NCBI GenBank assembly: GCA_048885535.1
Contig: JBHLLO010000030.1
Location: 1 to 35,350 of the forward strand
Origin: Candidatus Hermodarchaeota archaeon
Lineage (GTDB): Archaea; Asgardarchaeota; Lokiarchaeia; Sigyniarchaeales; SOKP01
DNA length: 35,350 nucleotides
Direction of reading: 5' to 3'
The notes under the pieces are model-generated. The model did no database searches, had not been told where the DNA came from, and saw only the letters and a list, made by a program, of their open reading frames with translations. Positions within the stretch are counted from its first letter, which is position 1. Each line of letters begins with the position of its first letter. The position numbers and the translations under genes are program-made. Of this stretch, positions 28,181 to 35,350 are shown piece after piece.

Positions 28181-28762
28181 ATGGTAATTTTTGAATATAA
28201 CGGTAAGGAACCAAAAATTAGTGAAAATGCATATGTTTCGCCTCTTTCGACATTAATTGGAGATGTAAGAATCAACGATAATGTTGTGGTTTGGCCAGGA
28301 TCTATTATCAGAGCTGAGAATTCTCCAATTAGCATAGAAGAGTATACTACTATTTTTGATGGTGTTATGCTCTTCACACGTTCACAAAAAAGTGCTATCC
28401 ATATTGGTAGATATTGTATTATTGAATCAGGAGCAACAATCATGGGTTGTTTTATGGAGGATTATGTCCAAGTTATGGAAGGAACAATGATTTACGAAGA
28501 TAGTTCAATAGGTGAAGGTTCGATTATCTTAATGAAAAGCCAAGTACCTCCTGGTTTGACAATACCCGCTCGATCTGTAGTGAAAGGAATACCTGTAGAA
28601 CCTATTAGGGAACAAACTCGTAATGATGTATTAAAACAAAAAGAGAAAGCTGAACATTATTCTCAAATGTTCATTAAGATAAAAAACCTTTTACCTAATG
28701 CTCAGAGTTATTTATTATCACTGCCAGATTTTATAAAATTATTACTTAAAAAAGAAAATTAA
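28181..28762 (+). CDS. Gamma-carbonic-anhydrase-like left-handed beta-helix protein lacking the Zn-binding His
   Basis: YNGKEPKISENAYVSP..LIGDVRI...WPGSIIRAE, hexapeptide repeats, VPPG..IP.RSVVKGIP and a C-terminal helix AEHY. Confidence 0.85.
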   Translation: MVIFEYNGKEPKISENAYVSPLSTLIGDVRINDNVVVWPGSIIRAENSPISIEEYTTIFDGVMLFTRSQKSAIHIGRYCIIESGATIMGCFMEDYVQVMEGTMIYEDSSIGEGSIILMKSQVPPGLTIPARSVVKGIPVEPIREQTRNDVLKQKEKAEHYSQMFIKIKNLLPNAQSYLLSLPDFIKLLLKKEN

Positions 28763-28773
28763 TAAAAAAATGG

Positions 28774-29661
28774 TTATATAGTAATTTTAAGTTTAGCAAC
28801 TAATTCCTTAAACCTTGAGCGAAGGGTTACTTCTGTGACCCCCACTATATTTGCAATTTCCTTTTGTGAGATTCTCCTCTGCTTCTTTTTAGAAACTAAA
28901 TATAAAGCACCTGCACATAATCCCTTGGGATCCTTTCCACTTATTGAGTATCTAGAAGCAAATTTCTGTAAAATATTAATTGTTTCTTTTTCAGTTTCAA
29001 CATCCAAACCTAACTCTGCTATGAATCTAGGAACTAGTGAAATGGGATCCGTTGAGGGCGCCTTTAGGTTTAATTCCCTGATGAGAGTTCTATAACATCT
29101 TCTTACATTTTTATCATTAACTGCAGTCTCATCCAAGATTTCTTGTAGAGTTCTTGGGATTTTTCTTTCTCGACATGCAAAATACAAACATGCAGCAACC
29201 ATCCCATTTATAGATCTACCACGTAGTAGTTTTTTTTTAAAAGCTTCTATATATAATCTTATTGCAGCTTTCTTAACATGGTTAGGTAGATTTAAATTAC
29301 TGGCTATTCTTTTTAATTCAGTTGTAGCAATTAACATATTCCTTTTATCCCATGTCATTCTCGAGTTCCATTTGGCTGCTCTTTTTAAATCTGGACTTTT
29401 AATATTAGATTTATCAATAATCGTGCTTAATCCCATATCAGGCAATAAAATTGAAATTGGGGAACCTGTTCGTTCTCTCTTCTCTTTTTCCTGTTTAGTG
29501 AATGCTCGCTTATCAGTATGTGATAAATCAACCAATTTTTCACTTATAACTAAACCACATTGGCTACAAACAATTTCACCTTTTTCATGAATAGGAATAG
29601 CCTTTCCCCCACATTCAGGGCATTGATTTGATAATATTGAAGATTCTAACTCTACTTCCAT
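28774..29661 (-). CDS. tfb: Transcription initiation factor IIB (canonical-type TFB)
   Basis: CPECGG...GEIVCSQCGLV, RAF...RERTGSP, LLRGRSI, IPRTL.EI, GKDPKGLCAGALY and SQKEIA..VGVTEVTLR. Start at 29661 or 29676. Confidence 0.97.
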   Translation of the reverse strand: MEVELESSILSNQCPECGGKAIPIHEKGEIVCSQCGLVISEKLVDLSHTDKRAFTKQEKEKRERTGSPISILLPDMGLSTIIDKSNIKSPDLKRAAKWNSRMTWDKRNMLIATTELKRIASNLNLPNHVKKAAIRLYIEAFKKKLLRGRSINGMVAACLYFACRERKIPRTLQEILDETAVNDKNVRRCYRTLIRELNLKAPSTDPISLVPRFIAELGLDVETEKETINILQKFASRYSISGKDPKGLCAGALYLVSKKKQRRISQKEIANIVGVTEVTLRSRFKELVAKLKITI

Positions 29662-29837
29662 TTTAAAAAACCCCATTTTAAATATAAAATTTAATCTTAA
29701 AATAACTTCGAATAAAGGATCTAATGATACATACTTGTGACTGAAACTCAATTTTGCAATGAGTGCAAATTATCTATATTTAACTTAGCTATATAAATCT
29801 TTCGATTGTGAGAATCTTTTTTTACGATTTTAAACAA

Positions 29838-30377
29838 TTATACCAAAAAATAGGGTAAACATTCGAATCCAAAAAGCATAATTTCTAAAACCGAATATAT
29901 TAAAATATAACTAGACTTATGGTGTTTGTTATTAATATATTTATTATTTGTGAAATAATAAAGACCTAGAAAACATTGTGAAATCGCTAAAGCGGATACA
30001 AAAGCTAAAATGGGAGTAAGAAAAGCTTTAAGTATATAATTATCTTCAATTATTTGCTCTATAGCAAATAGAATAAAACCTTTAAAAGGTTTTGAAATAA
30101 AAATTAGCAGATAAATTAGATAATCAAATAAAATTCCAAATCCTAGAATTATGTAAACAAATCCCAAAATAAACCAAACTGTTTTTATCCTGCTATGACT
30201 TTTTTTAAAAACTAGATTACGATGTTTAGAGTAAATACTTCTTAGTCTCAAGAGAAAAAGTACTCCATAAAGCATTAAAATACCCACCAAAAAGTATTTT
30301 AAGATTATTAATAACATTGAAAAAAATAATTCATAGTTAATCAATAGCTGATTGAGAAATAATTGTTCATAAAGCAC
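29838..30377 (-). CDS. Membrane protein (about 4 TM), unknown function
   Basis: Several hydrophobic segments; start uncertain. Confidence 0.65.
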   Translation of the reverse strand: MLYEQLFLNQLLINYELFFSMLLIILKYFLVGILMLYGVLFLLRLRSIYSKHRNLVFKKSHSRIKTVWFILGFVYIILGFGILFDYLIYLLIFISKPFKGFILFAIEQIIEDNYILKAFLTPILAFVSALAISQCFLGLYYFTNNKYINNKHHKSSYILIYSVLEIMLFGFECLPYFLV

Positions 30378-30440
30378 TTATGATAGTCTAAATATAAGTT
30401 TAAAAAATTATAGTTTTCTCTGTAATAAATTCACAGAAAT

Positions 30441-30872
30441 CTATAGAATTTTTTCACACTCTTGATTCAAGATTTTCATCGTTGTGTTGAAATCTTGCCA
30501 CCAATCTTGACCTTGTTGAGTTACAAGCATCGAATCCACTTTTCGAGAATCTAAACATCGAATTTCTTCTTTTTGTGCTTTTATTTTATCCTTCCAAATT
30601 TGGCTAAAAATATTTTGCATATTAATTTTAACTTTTTTTATTAATTCTTCATAAGTTATCGATATATCTTCTTTTTTCTGTAACTTCTGAAGTTCTTCAA
30701 ACTTAACCTTTTCCTTCGCACGATTTAAATCACTACATTTAATTGATATAGCAAAAGGTTTTTCCTTTCCATATTGACAATATTTTTGTATTTCACATGG
30801 AGAACAATAAGAATCAAAACTAATAATGTAATCTTCTAATCCAATAATCGAATAATTTAATACTCTCGTCAT
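30441..30872 (-). CDS. Hypothetical protein with a Cys cluster
   Basis: CSPCEIQKYC plus three further Cys; well-formed 143-aa ORF. Confidence 0.75.
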   Translation of the reverse strand: MTRVLNYSIIGLEDYIISFDSYCSPCEIQKYCQYGKEKPFAISIKCSDLNRAKEKVKFEELQKLQKKEDISITYEELIKKVKINMQNIFSQIWKDKIKAQKEEIRCLDSRKVDSMLVTQQGQDWWQDFNTTMKILNQECEKIL

Positions 30873-31086
30873 TTATCTTTTTGATTCTAAATTGAAAAAT
30901 GGATGTATCTTTATTAAGATGGAAGGCTTAAGGGTGAAAATATAACTTTTATATAAGTAATAAAATTTTTTAGCTATCCATTATTTGAATCATTCAATCA
31001 AAATTAAATATTATCATTTTTGATTTAATTATTAAATAAAATAGATTAATAGAAACTAAGATAACTCATAACTGGGAAGGTACGCT

Positions 31087-31190
31087 GGGAGAGAGACCTC
31101 CTTTAGTTAAGGGGATTCTCAAATGGCTTAGCCTGGTATAGCGCACGGCTGATAACCGTGAGGTCGGGGGTTCAAAGCCCCCCTTTCCCA
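31087..31190 (+). tRNA. tRNA-Ile(GAT) with an approximately 30-nt insert (31094-31123) at the acceptor/D-arm junction (7/8)
   Basis: Anticodon arm CACGG-CTGATAA-CCGTG, T arm GGGGG-TTCAAAG-CCCCC and 3' acceptor strand CTTTCCC-A. The complementary 5' strand GGGAGAG lies 30 nt upstream of TGGCTTAG. Confidence 0.85.
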
Positions 31191-31276
31191 TTAAGCTTAT
31201 AAACTTTCTCATATAAAGTTCAATCTTTATTTTATTAGAAAATAAACCTCTAGAAACACATACTATAAATTAAGAT

Positions 31277-31870
31277 ATGAAAATTGTGATAATCTCAGGA
31301 ACTCCTGGTACTGGAAAAACTACAGTCTCTAAAGCGATATCTAAAAAATTAAAGGCTAGATTAGTATCATTAAACGACTTAGTTATGCAAAAAGGTTTTA
31401 TAATTAGCTATGATTCGAATAGAGATACTTTTATTTTCGATGAGAAAGCAATTATAAAATTCATTCTTGATTTAATTAAAAATTATGATTCAAAAAATGT
31501 AAATTTTCTTATAGTCGAAGGCCATTTTTCAGATATAATTCCGGAGAAGTTTATTGATTACATAATAGTTTTAAGGTGTCATCCTGATGAGTTATTAATA
31601 AGATTAAAGAAAAAGGGTTATGGTAAATTAAAAATTGTTGAGAACATTCAAGCGGAAATCCTCGGGAATTGCGTAAGCTATTTCATTAATAAAGGTATTA
31701 AAATGCCAATATTAGAAATTGATACAACAAATTTAAACGTACACACGATCGAAAAAATTATCATTGAGATTATAACAGAAGAAAAAAAAATTGAACAATA
31801 CATTATAGGAAAAGTTGATTGGTTAGAAAATCTTTATCAACAAAATCGTTTAGATGAATTTTTTGATTGA
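31277..31870 (+). CDS. Adenylate kinase AK6/Fap7 family
   Basis: ISGTPGTGKTT, VEGH, VLRCHP..L..RL..KGY...KI.ENIQAEI. Confidence 0.93.
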   Translation: MKIVIISGTPGTGKTTVSKAISKKLKARLVSLNDLVMQKGFIISYDSNRDTFIFDEKAIIKFILDLIKNYDSKNVNFLIVEGHFSDIIPEKFIDYIIVLRCHPDELLIRLKKKGYGKLKIVENIQAEILGNCVSYFINKGIKMPILEIDTTNLNVHTIEKIIIEIITEEKKIEQYIIGKVDWLENLYQQNRLDEFFD

Positions 31871-31896
31871 ATTCTATATGTTAGAGATGAAAGTAA

Positions 31897-33546
31897 ATGG
31901 AATTTGAACTAATTGATAGTGAAGCGCTAGCAAGAATCGGACGGATTAGATTAAATAATCAAGAATTAATCACCCCTAACCTTTTGCCAGTCATCCATCC
32001 TTTCAAGAACTTAATCACCCCAAATGAGTTATTAAAAATGGGAGTAAAAGCCTTATTTACTAATGCTTATATCATCTATCAAAACCAAGATTACAGAAAT
32101 GTGGTATTAACAAAAGGGATTCATGATTATTTAAACTTTCATGGATTAATAGCGACAGATAGTGGAGCCTTTCAACAGTATATCTATAGAGATAATGATA
32201 TTGAGATAAATCCAATTGAAATTGAAAGCTTTCAAGAAAAAATTGGATCTAACTTCCCCGTTATTCTCGATTCCCCAGTCCAATTAGATGATGATTATGA
32301 AACAGCAAAAAATAAAGTTAGATTAACATTGCGCAGAGCGAAGGATAATATTGCCAGAAGAGAAAATAGGGATTGTGCTTGGATAGGACCTATCCATGGA
32401 GGTAAGTTCTTTAATTTGGTAAAAAAATGTGCTTCTGCAATGGAAAAATTAGATTTTAATATTTATGCCATTGGGGGATTAGTTAAGGCTTTTCTAAATT
32501 ATAGATTTGATTTGCCTTTAAGAATCTTGCTAACTATAAGGAAAAATGTCATTTCGAGTAAACCTATTCATATGTTTGGGTTAGGATTACCTCAATTTTT
32601 TGCACTTGCGGTAGCATTTGGATGTGATCTCATGGATTCTGCAGCATATATGCTATATGCAAAAGAGAATCGCTATTTCACATTATCAACAGGTACAAAA
32701 AAGCTTGAGGAACTTGAAGAGTTTCCATGTCATTGTCCAGTTTGTTTAAATTATACACCAAAAGAATTAATGTCTTTTGAAAAAAGCATGAGAATCAAAA
32801 TATTGGCAGAACATAATTTACATCTTTCATTTTCAGAACTAAAAACAATCCGTCAATCAATTAGGGAAGGAAATCTCTGGGAATTAGTTGAAAATAGAAT
32901 TAGAACTCATCCTAATCTAGTAATGGCTGCTAGGTTGTTACGGAAAAATAAAGCTTTCTTTGAAATCCATGATAAAATAGTTAAAAGGCATGGAAGATTA
33001 TATAGCTCTTATTATAGCTTACATAGACCGACGATTTATAGGTATGTACGTAAATTATCTAAAAATTATCGTGTTCCTAATGATGTTAAATTTATAATTA
33101 TTCTACCTGAGTTGGATGTTAAAGGTTATAATTCACCTAGCATTAAAAGTTGGTTAAGTGAAATAGTAAGCAATCAGAAAATTCAATTAAAGTATATTCA
33201 TATAGTTTTTTTCTCCCAAATTTATGGTATTATACCATATGAATTAATAGATACCTTTCCAATGGGACAATATGAATCAATAAAGGCTTCATACAGAAAT
33301 GACTTAATTCATAAAACCTCAATAAAATATAGTCTAAGATTTTTTCAAAATCATTCGCATCACTATGAAAAATGGTTTATTCTTCTTCCCGCAATATATA
33401 TCAACCAGTTTAATGAATTTAAAAAGTTTCCTATCCATTATCCTCTAAAGCAATTAATTAATTACTTGAGAAAGCAATTTAATCCAAATTTATTTGTTTC
33501 TGATGCCATTAAAGATTTTATAAGATTTTTCGAAGAGACCACGTAA
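31897..33546 (+). CDS. tgtA: Archaeosine tRNA-guanine(15) transglycosylase
   Basis: ARIG..TPNLLPVIHP, TDSGAFQ, PIHMFGLG, GCDLMDSAAY, Zn site CHCPVC and HNL. Confidence 0.95.
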   Translation: MEFELIDSEALARIGRIRLNNQELITPNLLPVIHPFKNLITPNELLKMGVKALFTNAYIIYQNQDYRNVVLTKGIHDYLNFHGLIATDSGAFQQYIYRDNDIEINPIEIESFQEKIGSNFPVILDSPVQLDDDYETAKNKVRLTLRRAKDNIARRENRDCAWIGPIHGGKFFNLVKKCASAMEKLDFNIYAIGGLVKAFLNYRFDLPLRILLTIRKNVISSKPIHMFGLGLPQFFALAVAFGCDLMDSAAYMLYAKENRYFTLSTGTKKLEELEEFPCHCPVCLNYTPKELMSFEKSMRIKILAEHNLHLSFSELKTIRQSIREGNLWELVENRIRTHPNLVMAARLLRKNKAFFEIHDKIVKRHGRLYSSYYSLHRPTIYRYVRKLSKNYRVPNDVKFIIILPELDVKGYNSPSIKSWLSEIVSNQKIQLKYIHIVFFSQIYGIIPYELIDTFPMGQYESIKASYRNDLIHKTSIKYSLRFFQNHSHHYEKWFILLPAIYINQFNEFKKFPIHYPLKQLINYLRKQFNPNLFVSDAIKDFIRFFEETT

Positions 33547-33548
33547 AA

Positions 33549-33968
33549 ATGCCAATTATAGAAAAAATCCAAGCATATGGTCATTCTAATATAAGTTGTA
33601 CTCATAAAACAACAATAGAGATAACAAAAGATAAATCTATTACGAATAGAGCTACATGTATTCTAGCAATAAATGCTTCGAAATCTTGCTTTGATTTAAA
33701 TAAAGAACTTAAAAAGAGGATATTTAATGGAGAAAAAATTAAAGTTACTATAAAAGTAAATAACATTTCAGATCATTTTTTCGGCTTTGGTGATAAGAAA
33801 CTTCATTTACAAAGTCGAAAAGAGATAGTATTTCGTAAGAGTGATTATATTTGCGATAGAACAGTATTAATAAAATGTTCAAAATCCTCTAATGAATTAA
33901 AACGGGAACTTATTGAAAAAATTAAAGTACCTGGAAAAAAAATTATATTACTTTTTGAAGCTATTTAG
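33549..33968 (+). CDS. DUF371 family protein
   Basis: AYGHSNI..THKTTIEITKD...CILAI, IVFRKSDYICDRTV. Confidence 0.9.
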   Translation: MPIIEKIQAYGHSNISCTHKTTIEITKDKSITNRATCILAINASKSCFDLNKELKKRIFNGEKIKVTIKVNNISDHFFGFGDKKLHLQSRKEIVFRKSDYICDRTVLIKCSKSSNELKRELIEKIKVPGKKIILLFEAI

Positions 33969-35132
33969 ATGTTGATCAGGGTGAAAAAATTAAGCACAAA
34001 ATCACAATTTTTAAAGTTGAATAAAAAAGACGCTCAAACTTTCCTTAATCTTATTAAGAAAAAATTAAAGAGTGAAAAATTTATCGATAATAGAAAGAAA
34101 GTAATTTCAGAAGGGCAATTCGTGTTTTTCCCTTTAATTGAAAATAAAAATCAAATTGAAAAGCTAACTAAATATATTGAACCTAATATCTTTTTTGAAA
34201 TAATTCATCGAGAATCATGTAACTCTTTAGATAGCAACCTTAAAACAATTGGAGAGATTTTAAAAAACGATTTACCCCCCAAGATTTTCAAACTTATACC
34301 GAAATCGTATGATATTATTGGTCATATTGCTATTATTGAATTCGATCGCTTCAAAAATATTAGCTATAGGGATGCTATTAGATATAAAAAAACATTCGCA
34401 AAAGCATTACTGAATACAAATAAAATCGTAAAATCTATATATGAAAAGAAGAGTAAAATAAAAGGAAGATTTAGATTAAGAAACTTAAAATTATTAGCAG
34501 GAAAAGACCAACCACGCACAATTTATAAAGAAAATAAATGTATTTTTAATCTAGATGTAAAGAAAACTTATTTTTCTCCTAGATTGGCTTATGAACGGAA
34601 AAGATTGGCTAGTTATGATATAAAGGATCATGAGTTAATAATTGATATGTTTGCAGGTGTTGGTCCATATTCGATTCAAATAGCAAAAGTTCATGATGTC
34701 GAGGTTTATTCTTTTGATATTAATCCAATAGCCTATAAATACCTTATAAAGAATATTCTATTGAATAAAATGAAGGGGAAAGTAAATGCATTTAATATTA
34801 ATGCAGAAGAACTTCTTAAATCAACAAATACTTTAGGAAATGAGCTAAAGCATAAAGCAAACAGGATTATTATGAATCTCCCTCAAAAAACCCTCAAATT
34901 TATTGATGTTGCATGTTTTTTAATGAAATTATCAGGTGGGATCCTCCATAACTATCAGATTGTTAATAGTCAGAATTCAATTGAAATAGCAATAAAAAGT
35001 TTGTGTTTAGCTTTAGAAAGATCATTTTGGACTGTTGAGAAGATTATTGATTACAGAATTGTAAGAGCGTATTCTCCAAGATTAAATTTCGTGGTAGTAG
35101 ATTCATTAATTAGACCATCAAATTATCCTTAA
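33969..35132 (+). CDS. trm5: Trm5/Taw2-family SAM-dependent tRNA G37 transferase
   Basis: SYDIIGHIAI, T.YKEN.C.F.LD..KTYFSPRL, DMFAGVGPY, DINP.A and RIIMNLP. Confidence 0.9.
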   Translation: MLIRVKKLSTKSQFLKLNKKDAQTFLNLIKKKLKSEKFIDNRKKVISEGQFVFFPLIENKNQIEKLTKYIEPNIFFEIIHRESCNSLDSNLKTIGEILKNDLPPKIFKLIPKSYDIIGHIAIIEFDRFKNISYRDAIRYKKTFAKALLNTNKIVKSIYEKKSKIKGRFRLRNLKLLAGKDQPRTIYKENKCIFNLDVKKTYFSPRLAYERKRLASYDIKDHELIIDMFAGVGPYSIQIAKVHDVEVYSFDINPIAYKYLIKNILLNKMKGKVNAFNINAEELLKSTNTLGNELKHKANRIIMNLPQKTLKFIDVACFLMKLSGGILHNYQIVNSQNSIEIAIKSLCLALERSFWTVEKIIDYRIVRAYSPRLNFVVVDSLIRPSNYP

Positions 35133-35275
35133 TATCTTTTTTATAATCGTTCTCGAAGATATTAATAAAATGTTTTTAGATGTTTATTATAAAAGTAAAA
35201 TTTTAATTTTTTAATACTTATAAAACTTTAAACCATAATATTTTTCACTTTAAAAATTAAAATAATACAAAGAAA

Positions 35276-35350
35276 GGACCTGTAGCCTAGCATGGATAGG
35301 GCGTCGGACTTCTAATCCGAAAGTCGCAGGTTCGAATCCTGCCAGGTCCG
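35276..35350 (+). tRNA. tRNA-Arg(TCT), intronless
   Basis: GGACCTG/CAGGTCC acceptor, TCGGA-CTTCTAA-TCCGA anticodon arm and GCAGG-TTCGAAT-CCTGC T arm. Confidence 0.97.

Noticed and set aside
31074-31082. GGGAAGGTA as the 5' acceptor strand of tRNA-Ile
   Set aside because: It also pairs with CTTTCCC, but no BHB-like geometry fits the splice sites it would need. Disfavoured rather than excluded.

Overview
AT-rich archaeal chromosome segment, almost certainly from an Asgard archaeon (Lokiarchaeia-like), judged by the archaeal 16S, TFB, Cdc6, class I LysRS and arcTGT alongside Roadblock, small-GTPase, DENN-like and V4R genes. It runs from the 5' part of a 16S rRNA gene (minus strand) to tRNA-Arg(TCT). 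Most of it is informational core: cdc6, two TFBs, rpl3-rpl4-rpl23, rps17e, lysS, ABCE1, AK6, tgtA and trm5. The most notable observations are: (1) a tandem-Roadblock / DENN-like / MglA-type GTPase operon facing a second MglA-type GTPase that lacks the intrinsic Arg finger; (2) a dispersed Tad/Flp-type pilus kit (A24 peptidase, ATPase, platform, pilin-like protein, bacterial-style Flp pilin); (3) two tRNAs with non-canonical introns, one apparently at position 7/8; (4) a candidate replication origin (inverted ORB-like boxes around an AT-rich spacer) about 15 kb from cdc6; (5) two adjacent metal-less pseudoenzymes (Nif3-like and gamma-CA-like); (6) hints of ATT/ATA initiation, including a small wHTH gene missed by the ORF track. 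All family calls come from motif recognition by eye; no searches were run.
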